This document shows, one piece after another, positions 1 to 10,159 of a stretch of 64,000 nt of DNA. Source of the DNA: Bacteroidota bacterium (GTDB taxonomy: Bacteria; Bacteroidota; Bacteroidia; NS11-12g; UBA955); assembly GCA_016868785.1 (NCBI GenBank), contig VGFS01000001.1, positions 20,631-84,630 on the forward strand, in the 5' to 3' direction. Below the pieces are notes generated by a model. It saw only the letters and a program-made list of their open reading frames with translations. It was not told where the DNA came from and did not search any database. Made by a program: the position numbers and the translations under genes. Position 1 is the stretch's first letter. Every line of letters begins with the position of its first letter.

Positions 1-1
1 C

Positions 2-739
2 AATGGCAGCAACCCCAACAGGCAGCACCGTTATCATGGCGAAATTTGGGGCAAAGCTGGAATCACCGAGTACGCAAGATGGATAAAATGGGGATCCCAA
101 TATTCGAGAGCGTCGGGAAGATTGGATTTGGGTTATGATTTCCAGCTGGCTGCACAACTGCAAAAAATCATGGGGGGCGTGTTCCATTTTGAAGGGAAGG
201 TGCAATTCAACAGCAGTGCAGGAGAGGTCCAAAATGAATATTGGGTTGGTGGCTCTCAAGGATGGATCAATCCGACGCCCTGGGACATTTCAATTTGGAA
301 TTCGGGTGCTGTGGGTGATGATGGCTATCGCGTGATTGGCGGTTATGTAAGGGGTTTTTATTCAGGTGTTCGATTGGGTCATTCTTCGGCTGTTATGAAT
401 TTACAACTGGGCATCTCTCCTTTCAAATTGATCTACAAGGACATCATCAAATCTGAAGTACTGAAACGCTTAGAAACATACACATTTTTGGACGTAGGAA
501 CGGCGTATGTTGGGAGGAGCCCATCCAACGACTCTAATCCATTTAATCGACAGTCCTACAACACACCCAATTTGCTGATGGATGTGTATGCAAAACGGAA
601 TCCATGGGTTGCGGGGGCCGGTTTGGGTGCAAGGACCATACTACTTAAAATGCCAATTCGCTATGAAGTGGCTTGGGGCCTTAAAGAAGGAAAAATTCTC
701 ACCCCGATACATCATGTTTGTATGACATGGAATTTTTAG
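2..739 (+). CDS. C-terminal part of an outer-membrane beta-barrel protein (Omp85/BamA-like barrel), 5' truncated
   Basis: Frame is open from base 2 (NGSNPNRQHRY...) into the ORF-track protein. FLDVGTAY and GAGLGART..PIRYEVAWG strand patterns; aromatic C-terminus (WNF). Confidence 0.55.
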   Translation, partial: NGSNPNRQHRYHGEIWGKAGITEYARWIKWGSQYSRASGRLDLGYDFQLAAQLQKIMGGVFHFEGKVQFNSSAGEVQNEYWVGGSQGWINPTPWDISIWNSGAVGDDGYRVIGGYVRGFYSGVRLGHSSAVMNLQLGISPFKLIYKDIIKSEVLKRLETYTFLDVGTAYVGRSPSNDSNPFNRQSYNTPNLLMDVYAKRNPWVAGAGLGARTILLKMPIRYEVAWGLKEGKILTPIHHVCMTWNF

Positions 740-806
740 CGAATTCCTGAAAATTCCTGACCAAAATGTTGTGTTTTGTGTTTATTTTGCGACACACTAC
801 AAACCC

Positions 807-1832
807 ATGAGTTTTTTCAGTTTTCTAACCCAAGAACTTGCCATCGACCTCGGCACAGCCAACACCCTAATCATCCACAAAGACAAGGTAGTTGTTGACG
901 AACCAAGTATCATCGCCATTGAGCGAAATACGGGCAATGTAATTGCCATTGGTAAAGATGCGATGCAAATGTTTGGTAAAGAAAACGAGGGAATTAAGAC
1001 CATTCGTCCTCTCAAAGACGGTGTAATCGCTGATTTTCAGGCAGCTGAGCACATGATTCGTGGCATGATCAAAATGATGAATCAAAAGCAGCGTTGGATT
1101 TCACCTCAGTTGAAGATGGTTATTTGTATTCCCAGTGGAATCACCGAGGTTGAAAAGCGTGCAGTTAAGGATTCGGCGGAGCGCAGCGGAGCCAAAGAGG
1201 TGTATTTGATTCACGAACCAATGGCTGCAGCGGTTGGTATCGGCATTGATGTTACGCAGCCTCAAGGAAACATGATTGTGGATATCGGCGGTGGAACTAC
1301 AGAGATCGCCATCATTGCTTTGGGAGGTATTGTATGTGACGAGAGCATTCGCGTAGCCGGTGATGAATTCAATTTGGATATTTTGGAATACATGCGTCGT
1401 GAGCACAATCTGTTAATTGGCGAAAGGACTGCGGAAAAAATCAAAATCCACATTGGTTCTGCACTTCAAGAATTGGACAGTCCTCCAGAAGACTATGCAG
1501 TTTTTGGCAGAGATCTTATGACTGGTATTCCCAAGCAAATCATTGTAAGTTATAGCGAAATAGCAAGGGCACTGGACAAGAGCATCATGAAAGTGGAAGA
1601 GGCGGTTTTGAGGGCTCTCGAACAGTCTCCTCCAGAACTTAGCGCTGATATTTTAGGCAATGGCATTTGGCTTACAGGTGGTGGAGCTTTGTTACGAGGA
1701 CTAGATAAACGCATTGCCGCCAAGACAAAATTGCGTGTGCACATCGCCGAGGATCCTTTGCGTGCAGTTGTTCGAGGTACAGGAACGGCTTTAAAAAATA
1801 TTGGACGCTTCAAATTCCTAATGACAGCTTAA
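807..1832 (+). CDS. mreB: Rod shape-determining protein MreB
   Basis: AIDLGTANT, DIGGGTTE and LTGGGALL actin-like motifs. ATG at 807 preferred over the ORF-track GTG at 771. Confidence 0.98.
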   Translation: MSFFSFLTQELAIDLGTANTLIIHKDKVVVDEPSIIAIERNTGNVIAIGKDAMQMFGKENEGIKTIRPLKDGVIADFQAAEHMIRGMIKMMNQKQRWISPQLKMVICIPSGITEVEKRAVKDSAERSGAKEVYLIHEPMAAAVGIGIDVTQPQGNMIVDIGGGTTEIAIIALGGIVCDESIRVAGDEFNLDILEYMRREHNLLIGERTAEKIKIHIGSALQELDSPPEDYAVFGRDLMTGIPKQIIVSYSEIARALDKSIMKVEEAVLRALEQSPPELSADILGNGIWLTGGGALLRGLDKRIAAKTKLRVHIAEDPLRAVVRGTGTALKNIGRFKFLMTA

Positions 1833-1844
1833 ACCCTTTAACAC

Positions 1845-2717
1845 ATGTTGGTAATATTCCGTTGGATACGGAATCAGGCGCATCCTTTGTTGTTTGTATT
1901 GTTGCTTATCAGTGCAACGACACAAATATTTAGGTATCATTTTTACCAGCATAGTATCTACTTTGGTCAAGTTTTGGGGGCTCATAGAAAAATCGATCAA
2001 TTACGCGCGGATGTAAAGGCTTATTTCAACCTGAAACAGGTTAATCAACAACTTATTGCTGAAAATACGCTTCTAAAACAACAACTCAATTGGAATCTCA
2101 CCTATAATTCACCGAAGCGAGACAGTGCATATCAGGACGAAAAAACTGGGAATTTGGTAAAATACGATTACATTCAAGCTCGGGTGATTCGAAACAGCGT
2201 ACAGAACCAGAACAACTTCATCATCTTAGACAGGGGATTTAAAGATGGCATCAAACGGCACATGTCGGTTGTATCGCCCATGGGAATTGTAGGTGTTGTT
2301 GTTGAATCGGCAGAACATTATTCATTGGTGATGTCTGTTCTCAATTCGAAATTTGAAATCACACCTTATTTTTATGATTTAAAAACGAGTCAAGGAGTTA
2401 TCTCTTGGAATGGAGAAGATCCCACCACCGTTGACCTCGAAGAAGTAAATAGATTTGTCAAGGTAAAAAACGGAATGAAACTATTTACATCCAACTATTC
2501 CCTATTATTCCCTGCAGGAATTCCTATAGGTACGATCATTTCAAGTAGTTCGAATTTAAAATCAAATTTTCACAAGATTAAAGTAAAACTCGCAACTGAC
2601 TTTGGCCAATTGGATGTTGTTACAGTGATAAAGAACATACATCAAAAAGAATTGGATGCCTTAAACAACGCGATACCCACAAGTAACGAAGAAAACAACA
2701 ATGATAGAAATAACTAG
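1845..2717 (+). CDS. mreC: Rod shape-determining protein MreC
   Basis: N-terminal TM, coiled coil, ILDRGFKDGI, GIVGVV and FPAGIPIG; follows mreB. Confidence 0.95.
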   Translation: MLVIFRWIRNQAHPLLFVLLLISATTQIFRYHFYQHSIYFGQVLGAHRKIDQLRADVKAYFNLKQVNQQLIAENTLLKQQLNWNLTYNSPKRDSAYQDEKTGNLVKYDYIQARVIRNSVQNQNNFIILDRGFKDGIKRHMSVVSPMGIVGVVVESAEHYSLVMSVLNSKFEITPYFYDLKTSQGVISWNGEDPTTVDLEEVNRFVKVKNGMKLFTSNYSLLFPAGIPIGTIISSSSNLKSNFHKIKVKLATDFGQLDVVTVIKNIHQKELDALNNAIPTSNEENNNDRNN

Positions 2718-3210
2718 ATACATACTTTCTGCATTATTGTTGGCAATTGTTCAGACATTTATCCTACAAGAAGTAAATATTGCATGGTGGATCAAACCTA
2801 TGCCTTATGTGATGTTATTTTTAAGCATACCAATCTCTGTGAACAAATATGGGATATTAATTGGCGCTTTTTTCTTTGGCATGACGATCGATGCATTGGG
2901 AGGTAGCATGGGTATGCATACAGCGGCTTGTGTGTCTGTGGTATACATTAAATACCACATAGACAATTACTTTTTGGATGAAAACAGCATGCAGTTGCAA
3001 GGATTATCATCGATACACGAAGATTACAAAGGCTGGCAATGGTATTACGTTTATGTATTTTCTATTGCATTGATACATCATTTAATCTTTTTTACATTTG
3101 ACTACTTTCGCTGGTCGGCCCTTTTTACTATTTTATGGGTGAGTATAGCAAGTGCTTGTGTGAGTGTATTTTTTATTCAGATTTTCAGAATTCTCATGAG
3201 TAAACGTTGA
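2701..3210 (+). CDS. mreD: Rod shape-determining protein MreD
   Basis: Hydrophobic 169 aa with GMTIDALGGSMGMH, between mreC and mrdA. Confidence 0.88.
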   Translation: MIEITRYILSALLLAIVQTFILQEVNIAWWIKPMPYVMLFLSIPISVNKYGILIGAFFFGMTIDALGGSMGMHTAACVSVVYIKYHIDNYFLDENSMQLQGLSSIHEDYKGWQWYYVYVFSIALIHHLIFFTFDYFRWSALFTILWVSIASACVSVFFIQIFRILMSKR

Positions 3211-3214
3211 AATT

Positions 3215-5059
3215 ATGATTGACAAAAATCGTTCGAAACAAATCGTATATCTAGGATTGATCCTTTTTGTTTTCGTTGTTTACACCCTGCGTCTTGCCAG
3301 TTTACAATTGGGCGAGGTACCCTATAAGAAAATGGCCATTAACAATGCATTGAACAAAATTACATTGTATCCATCCAGAAGTAACGTGTTTGATAGAAAA
3401 GGGAAATTGATGGTTTACAGCACGCAAATGTATGATTTATCGGTTTTTCCCTATGAAATAAAAAAACTAGACACTGGCTTATTGTGTTCTATTTTAGAAT
3501 TGGACTTGCCCACGGTGCGAGGGTTAATCATTGACGCTGGAGTTAGAGCAAAAAAGCGACAAAAGAATAACTCATTCAACAACTCAGCCTTATTTTATGC
3601 AAACTTATCGAATAAGCAATTCACATTGGTTCGTGAGAATATATACAGACTTGATGGTTTTTTCATTGAGTCAAGAACTGACCGTCAATTTGCCACACCT
3701 ACCCTCTCTCATGCACTGGGATACTTGGGCGAAGCCGATGAGGACTTAATTGCTTCTGACGAATACTATCAGCCTGGCGATTTAGTAGGAGTGACAGGCT
3801 TGGAAAGGTACTACGAAAAACAAATTCGGGGGGTGAAGGGTGTAAAAACTGTATGGCAAGATAGAACTTACACAGAAAGAGGCGTAGTCAAAGATCCACA
3901 GTTCAACTTCCCCGCCACGGCAGGTCCCGACGTAATCAGTAGCTTAGACTTTACGCTTCAGGAGTATGGCAGAGCCTTATTAAATGGAAAAAAAGGAAGT
4001 ATCGTGGCGATTGAACCGTCCACAGGTGAAGTATTGGCCTTTATTAACAACCCTGATTATGACCCCAACACTATGGTGGGCAGAGATCGGGCGAAAACGT
4101 TCAAATCCTTATTGACAGATCCACAAAAACCCCTTTATAATAGAGCTGTGAAAGGTGTTTACCCCCCAGGTTCAACCTTTAAAACAGTGATGGCATTAAT
4201 TGCCATGCAAGAAGGGGTTCTCACGCCAGAAACTACACATGGATGTGGTGGAGGCTACAGACTGGGAAATATACGTGTTGGTTGCCATCCTCATGGTGGA
4301 CCGCTCGATCTTCAAGGGTCTATTAGAATTTCATGTAACAGTTATTATTGTCAAGTTTTCAGGGATATCATCGATAATCCAAAATACGGGGATGTAAAAA
4401 TTGGATACGCTGCTTTGGAGAAACACTTAAGATCATTCGGTCTTGGAAGCCCACTAAACATAGATTTATTGGGAGAATCAAAGGGAAATATTCCTTCTGT
4501 AGCTCAATTGAATCGACGTCATGGTGAACGATGGAAAAGCAGTACCATTATTTCTCTGAGTATTGGACAGGGTGAAATTCTGTTGACTCCCTTACAAATG
4601 GCCAATACAGCCGCCATTTTAGCAAACAGAGGTTGGTATTATTCCCCTCACCTTGTAAAGAAAATTGAGGGTTATAAAGACACTGCATGGGATCGCAAAT
4701 ACAAAACTAAAAACATCACAATAGTAGACCCGAAGTATTTCCAGTTTGTTATCGAAGGGATGGCAGAAGTAACCAAGCCAGGTGGCACAGCGAATAGAAC
4801 TGGCATTCCTGATATTGAAATTTGTGCAAAAACTGGTACCGCCCAAAACCCTCATGGAAAAGACCATTCAATTTACATTGCCTTCGCTCCGAAAGACAAT
4901 CCAAAAATCGCGATCGCGGTGTTAGTTGAGAACGGTGGTTTTGGCGCAACATGGGCGGCCCCTATTGCCAATCTAATGATTGAAAAATACTTGACAGGCA
5001 AGTCTGAATCCGTGAGACCGGATATGGAAGAAAGAATTAAAAATAGTACAATTCAATAA
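3215..5059 (+). CDS. mrdA: Penicillin-binding protein 2
   Basis: PGSTFK (SxxK), SCN (SxN) and KTGT motifs; N-terminal TM. Confidence 0.96.
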   Translation: MIDKNRSKQIVYLGLILFVFVVYTLRLASLQLGEVPYKKMAINNALNKITLYPSRSNVFDRKGKLMVYSTQMYDLSVFPYEIKKLDTGLLCSILELDLPTVRGLIIDAGVRAKKRQKNNSFNNSALFYANLSNKQFTLVRENIYRLDGFFIESRTDRQFATPTLSHALGYLGEADEDLIASDEYYQPGDLVGVTGLERYYEKQIRGVKGVKTVWQDRTYTERGVVKDPQFNFPATAGPDVISSLDFTLQEYGRALLNGKKGSIVAIEPSTGEVLAFINNPDYDPNTMVGRDRAKTFKSLLTDPQKPLYNRAVKGVYPPGSTFKTVMALIAMQEGVLTPETTHGCGGGYRLGNIRVGCHPHGGPLDLQGSIRISCNSYYCQVFRDIIDNPKYGDVKIGYAALEKHLRSFGLGSPLNIDLLGESKGNIPSVAQLNRRHGERWKSSTIISLSIGQGEILLTPLQMANTAAILANRGWYYSPHLVKKIEGYKDTAWDRKYKTKNITIVDPKYFQFVIEGMAEVTKPGGTANRTGIPDIEICAKTGTAQNPHGKDHSIYIAFAPKDNPKIAIAVLVENGGFGATWAAPIANLMIEKYLTGKSESVRPDMEERIKNSTIQ

Positions 5060-6330
5060 TGCAATACAGTCCACTTAGAAGCAACAACACCTCGAAAATT
5101 GACAGTTTAGCAATTTTCCTTTATGTTGTATTGCTTTTAATTGGATTCATCAGCATCGCCAGCGCCACCTCGGATGTTAATCAAGCATTCTATTCGTTGT
5201 CTGATGTAGCCATTAAGCAATTGGTGTTTATCGCTGGTGCGATTATCATCATTTTCACCATTGTGTTCTCAAATGTTGTGGTGATTGACTATTTCGCTTA
5301 TGGATTTTATGCCATTGCCATTACCCTCAACATACTTGTCTTGTTTTTGGGCCGCGAGATTTCCGGAGCCAAATCGTGGTTCGGCTTTGGTGGTTTTGGC
5401 ATACAACCCAGCGAATTTGCGAAAGTTGCCACAGCCATAGCGTTGGCAAAATTCTTAGGAACATACGGTGTACGTTTCCAGGGGACAAAAAACATCGTTA
5501 CAGCGTTGGGTATTTTTTTATTACCTATGGCGATCATTCTGATTCAGAACGATACTGGAAGTGCCTTGGTTTTCTTGTCGTTTTTTTTGGTTTTATACCG
5601 AGAGGGATTGCCCGGTTATATTCTGCTTTCTGCCGTTTGGTTGGGAATTTTGGCGATATTCAGAATCATCAGTGAAGCTAGGGGTATTTCTAGTTTTTAT
5701 GGTTACGGTTTGCTGTTAGGATTGGGTTCAATCATTGTGTTTTTTGTAAGAAAAGATCGAGGGATTGCCATCCTTGTAGCTACTGTGGCTGTTATTTCAT
5801 CGTTTTTTTACACCATAGTTGGAACTTTTTACTTAAAAATCCTTCAACCATACCAACGCGATCGTATAGAATTGGTTCTTGGATTAAAAGAGGATGATCG
5901 CGGCCTAGGCTTTAATTTAAAACAATCCAAAATTGCGATTGGCGCTGGCGAACTTTGGGGTCGAGGTTATCTTAAAGGTACTCAAACAAAAATGGGGTTT
6001 GTTCCCGAGCAACATACCGATTTCATTTTTGATGCCATTGGTGAAGAATGGGGCTTTGTGGGCAGCACCCTATTTTTGGTCATTTTCTGTGGACTGCTGG
6101 TTCGATTGGTTATCATGGCTGAACGACAATCAACGGTATTTGGAAGGGTTTTGGGTTATTCGCTCGCTTCGGTTCTGTTTTTTCATATGTCAATCAACAT
6201 AGGAATGACCATGGGGCTTGTGCCAACCATCGGAATTCCATTGCCATTTATCTCAGCTGGCGGTAGTAGCCTATGGGCATTTACCCTATTTCTTTTCACA
6301 TTTCTGCGTGTAGATCAAGTTCGTAAGTAA
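5059..6330 (+). CDS. rodA: SEDS peptidoglycan polymerase RodA
   Basis: IQPSEFAK, PEQHTDFIF and GIPLPFISAGGSS motifs. Confidence 0.96.
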   Translation: MQYSPLRSNNTSKIDSLAIFLYVVLLLIGFISIASATSDVNQAFYSLSDVAIKQLVFIAGAIIIIFTIVFSNVVVIDYFAYGFYAIAITLNILVLFLGREISGAKSWFGFGGFGIQPSEFAKVATAIALAKFLGTYGVRFQGTKNIVTALGIFLLPMAIILIQNDTGSALVFLSFFLVLYREGLPGYILLSAVWLGILAIFRIISEARGISSFYGYGLLLGLGSIIVFFVRKDRGIAILVATVAVISSFFYTIVGTFYLKILQPYQRDRIELVLGLKEDDRGLGFNLKQSKIAIGAGELWGRGYLKGTQTKMGFVPEQHTDFIFDAIGEEWGFVGSTLFLVIFCGLLVRLVIMAERQSTVFGRVLGYSLASVLFFHMSINIGMTMGLVPTIGIPLPFISAGGSSLWAFTLFLFTFLRVDQVRK

Positions 6331-6355
6331 TTCGCTTTTCCGTATTATTGTAAGG

Positions 6356-9300
6356 ATGAATACAAAGCGATTCAAACTACTGTTAGCGGGCAGTTTTTCG
6401 GCACTAACTCTATCAATGACTATCACATCTTGTGGCAGTTCGGATGAACAAAACGTGGATTTATTGTTTGAAAAAATGGAATCCGACGTTACCGGTATAG
6501 ATTTCGTCAATACCGTACCCGAAAACGATTCATTGAATCAGTTTACCTACCATTATTTATACAATGGTTCTGGGGTAGCCATCGGCGATATTAACAATGA
6601 TGGGAAAAACGACCTATACTTTTCTGGTAACGAAAAATCATCCAAACTTTACCTAAACAAAGGCGATTTTAAATTTGAGGACGTAACTAAGCAAAGTGGA
6701 ACGACAACAAACCAATGGATCAGTGGCGTAAGCATGGTTGACGTCAATAACGATGGTTGGCTCGATATCTATGCCTGTTCTTCGGGCCCTCGACAATTGA
6801 AACAATCGAAAAGAAACTTGTTGTTTATCAATCAGAAAAACGGCAAATTCAAGGAATCAGCCAAAGAATGGGGCGTAGACGACGGTGGAAATGCAACTTG
6901 TGCAACCTTTTTTGACTACGACAATGATGGTGATTTGGACTTCTATTTGGGAAATCACGCTGACCAGTTTTTTTCGAATATCAACACCAAGTTCACGCCT
7001 ACCTTGAACATGGACGAGTTTAACCAGCAACACTTTTTCAGAAATGATGGCAATAAATTCACGGATGTATCGGCAACTGCCGGTGTAGTGAAAATGGGTT
7101 ATTGCTTGAGTGCCGCTGCGGCTGATTACAACAACGACGGTTTCACGGATCTGTATGTGTGCAACGATTACCATGTACCGGATTGTTACTATTTCAACAA
7201 TGGCGATGGAACGTTTACCGATCAGTTTGATGTCGCCTTCAAGCATTCCAGCACAAACTCCATGGGAAGTGATGTGGCGGACGTAAACAACGATGGTTTT
7301 TCGGATTTGATTACAGTGGATATGCTGTCTGAAAGCCCCAGACGTTATATGTCGCTCATGGGACCCAAAGACTACGATTACACCATGGTGGGCATTAAAA
7401 ATGGTTACAAACACCAATACATGAAGAACAACCTTCAGATGAACCTGGGAAATGGTCACTTTGCCGACTTGTCATACTTGTATGGTGTAGCTAAATCGGA
7501 CTGGAGCTGGAGTCCATTACTATCGGATTTTAACGATGATGGTTTTACCGACATGTTTGTTTCCAATGGATATTACCGAGATGTAACCAATTTGGATTTT
7601 ATCTTTTATCAAAGCACTGTTGAACAGCAGCAAAAACGGGGTTTAACCCATGAGGAATTATTGAAAAAACTCCCCTACGAGAAAATTCAGAACTTCTTCT
7701 TTTTGAATAACAAGGGCGAAGGCTTTGTGAATAAGGCCAGTGAAGTTGGGTTGGAAGATTTGAGTTTGAGCACCGGATCTGCCGCGGGTGATTTGGATGG
7801 TGATGGTCGATTGGACTTGGTCGTTTGTAACCAGGGAGAGGCCCCATTGGTTTATAAAAACGTAAATACGCAAAATCACTTCGTGAATGTCAAGGCCCAG
7901 GGTAGCGACAAATCAAACCGTTTTGGGATTGGCTGTCAACTCTACGCATCTGATTCAGCCGGTCGATATAGAAAATTCGAAATACAACCATCGCGTGGAT
8001 ACCAAAGTTCTTCAGAAGCAATGGCACACATCGGGTTGGGAGAAGACGAACAACTCGCTGAATTGGTGGTACTTTGGCCCAACGGCAAAGCTCAGATTTT
8101 GAAGGACGTATCAGCGGATCAGACCATCGTTGTAAAAAGCAGTGATGCCAACACCACTTGGGATCGCAACAAAATTACGGCAGGAGACCTACCCTATTTT
8201 ACGGAAAATGAGGGTGAATGGGGTTTGAATTTCAATCATGTGGAACAAGAGAATCCCGATTTCAAGCGGGAGCCCTTACTGCCCCATCGTTATACAACAT
8301 TGGGACCTGGGATGTCGACTGGCGATGTGAACGGCGATGGTCTTCAGGATTTATTTGTGGGAAATGCCCGTGAAAGTGCTGGTTCCAGTTTGTTTTTGCA
8401 ACAAAAGGATGGAAAATATACACCGGCTTCGAGTCAGCCGTGGAAATCCTTGGATGCGGATGTGATGGGGTCTCTATTCTTCGATTGTGATGGCGATAAA
8501 GACTTGGATTTGTACGTCGCTGTTGGCGGATCAGAGTTTGAATGGCCATCGAATAAGTACGAACATCAGTTATACCTTAACGATGGCAAGGGCGGTTTCA
8601 CGGTTGGTAAGGGCCGTTTACCCAATGTAATTTCAAGCGGAAGTTCAGTAACATCGTCGGATTTCGATGGCGATGGTGATCTCGATTTATTTGTTGCGGG
8701 TAGATTGATGCCGGGAAATTGGCCCACCTTGGAAGTGAGAAGCTACCTTTTACAAAACAACGGGGGTAAGTTTAGGGATGTTACCGCAGCATTGGCTCCG
8801 GATTTGGAAAATGCCGGGATGATTTGTTCCGCTATTTTCTCAGATTACAATGGTGACGGCAAGCCTGATTTGTTGCTGGCGGGAGAATGGATGCCATTGA
8901 TTTTCATGGAAAATGCGGGAGGAAAATTCGTCAACAAAACGGGTGAAGTGGGTGATGCTTCCTTATCGGGTTGGATGAACAGTATCACACCTGTGGACAT
9001 CGACAATGACGGAGACATGGATTACATGGTTGGAAACAAAGGTAACAACAGCTTTATTCAGGCCAAAGTGGGCAGTCCAAGCAAAGTATTTTGGGCTGAT
9101 TTTGACGGCAATGGCAGACAAGACATCGCCATGAGTTATCAATACGGTGGAAGCGATTATCCGCTGTTTACGATGGATGAGATGGGCAAGGCCTACCCTT
9201 TCTTTATCAATAAAAAGTTCACGACTTACAATGATTTTGCAGGAAAAACCATGGAAGAAATCTTTGGCGCTGAGGTACTCAAACAAAACAGCTTAACGGC

Positions 9301-9871
9301 CAACTACTTCTCAAGCTTCGTGGCCATCAACAACGGGGGTAAATTCAGTTTTGTAGAATTGCCCATGTGGGCACAAGCAGGTCCAATTTTCGGCACCACC
9401 GTCATCGATGTTGATGGCAATGGTTACGACGATATTCTTTGTACAGGGAATAATTACAATACCCGTGTTCCTCATGGTAGAGACGATGCGCAACCAAGCT
9501 TCGTACTGTTTAACCAAGGCGGTTCATTCAACTACCAATCAGGTTCAAGAAACGGCTTGTATAACCAGGATGATGGAAAATCAATGGTGATAAGTCCCGG
9601 CCCTGCGAATCAGGTGCGAGTGTTGATCTCCAACAACAACGGAAAATTGCGTGGCTTCACCGTGTTAAACGGCCAAAAACAAAGACAGAATGTTGCTTTT
9701 GTTCCAGCACCTGCGATGGCAAGTTATGCAAAAGTTTCTGTCAATGGCAGCGTAAAGCTTGTACATTTAAACGGCGGAAGTGGCTATCTATCAGGCAATA
9801 CGCGCGGAGTTTGGAAAACAAAAGGCGTAGGAAACATTGAATTCTTTGATGTAAATGGTCGTAGATTGTAA
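6356..9871 (+). CDS. FG-GAP/VCBS-repeat lipoprotein with ASPIC/UnbV domain (CRTAC1-like)
   Basis: Lipobox-like ITSC, many DxNxDGxxD repeats, central GYQSSSEAMAHIGLG..VLWPNG motif. Confidence 0.88.
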   Translation: MNTKRFKLLLAGSFSALTLSMTITSCGSSDEQNVDLLFEKMESDVTGIDFVNTVPENDSLNQFTYHYLYNGSGVAIGDINNDGKNDLYFSGNEKSSKLYLNKGDFKFEDVTKQSGTTTNQWISGVSMVDVNNDGWLDIYACSSGPRQLKQSKRNLLFINQKNGKFKESAKEWGVDDGGNATCATFFDYDNDGDLDFYLGNHADQFFSNINTKFTPTLNMDEFNQQHFFRNDGNKFTDVSATAGVVKMGYCLSAAAADYNNDGFTDLYVCNDYHVPDCYYFNNGDGTFTDQFDVAFKHSSTNSMGSDVADVNNDGFSDLITVDMLSESPRRYMSLMGPKDYDYTMVGIKNGYKHQYMKNNLQMNLGNGHFADLSYLYGVAKSDWSWSPLLSDFNDDGFTDMFVSNGYYRDVTNLDFIFYQSTVEQQQKRGLTHEELLKKLPYEKIQNFFFLNNKGEGFVNKASEVGLEDLSLSTGSAAGDLDGDGRLDLVVCNQGEAPLVYKNVNTQNHFVNVKAQGSDKSNRFGIGCQLYASDSAGRYRKFEIQPSRGYQSSSEAMAHIGLGEDEQLAELVVLWPNGKAQILKDVSADQTIVVKSSDANTTWDRNKITAGDLPYFTENEGEWGLNFNHVEQENPDFKREPLLPHRYTTLGPGMSTGDVNGDGLQDLFVGNARESAGSSLFLQQKDGKYTPASSQPWKSLDADVMGSLFFDCDGDKDLDLYVAVGGSEFEWPSNKYEHQLYLNDGKGGFTVGKGRLPNVISSGSSVTSSDFDGDGDLDLFVAGRLMPGNWPTLEVRSYLLQNNGGKFRDVTAALAPDLENAGMICSAIFSDYNGDGKPDLLLAGEWMPLIFMENAGGKFVNKTGEVGDASLSGWMNSITPVDIDNDGDMDYMVGNKGNNSFIQAKVGSPSKVFWADFDGNGRQDIAMSYQYGGSDYPLFTMDEMGKAYPFFINKKFTTYNDFAGKTMEEIFGAEVLKQNSLTANYFSSFVAINNGGKFSFVELPMWAQAGPIFGTTVIDVDGNGYDDILCTGNNYNTRVPHGRDDAQPSFVLFNQGGSFNYQSGSRNGLYNQDDGKSMVISPGPANQVRVLISNNNGKLRGFTVLNGQKQRQNVAFVPAPAMASYAKVSVNGSVKLVHLNGGSGYLSGNTRGVWKTKGVGNIEFFDVNGRRL

Positions 9872-9911
9872 CAACTTTCGTAATACAGTTGTATAATCCG
9901 TTCAAAACCCC

Positions 9912-9919
9912 TATTTTTG
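9912..9919 (+). promoter_or_regulatory. Bacteroidota -7 promoter element TATTTTTG for the small basic ORF
   Basis: Exact TAnnTTTG match 18 nt before ATG 9938. Confidence 0.7.
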
Positions 9920-9937
9920 CAACCTAATTGTAAGAAC

Positions 9938-10093
9938 ATGGCTGTTACTAAACTCAAAAGAAAAGAAGCAAAAAACAGAAGCAGAATGACCAAGCGCGTT
10001 GATAACATCAAGCGTTTGAAATTGGTTACCAACATTGCTTCTCCATACAAAGGCATTTCTGGTATTGTCTTGGAAGACCAAGAAAACCATTAA
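9938..10093 (+). CDS. Small basic protein, 51 aa (MAVTKLKRKEAKNRSRMTKRVDNIKRLKLVTNIASPYKGISGIVLEDQENH)
   Basis: Translated by hand, as it is shorter than any ORF in the track. Flanked by a -7 promoter element and an intrinsic terminator. Confidence 0.82.
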   Translation: MAVTKLKRKEAKNRSRMTKRVDNIKRLKLVTNIASPYKGISGIVLEDQENH

Positions 10094-10114
10094 ATGTCAT
10101 TGTTTTAGATATTC

Positions 10115-10144
10115 AAGGCACGCATTTTTGCGTGCCTTTTTTTT
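10115..10144 (+). terminator. Intrinsic terminator after the small basic ORF
   Basis: AAGGCACGCA-tttt-TGCGTGCCTT hairpin followed by a T run. Confidence 0.85.
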
Positions 10145-10159
10145 ATTAAATTCACACCC

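Noticed and set aside
1845..6330. AT-richer look of mreC-rodA versus the 42-64 kb region as horizontal transfer
   Set aside because: These are core genes in canonical order with no mobility signs, and the composition difference was not quantified.
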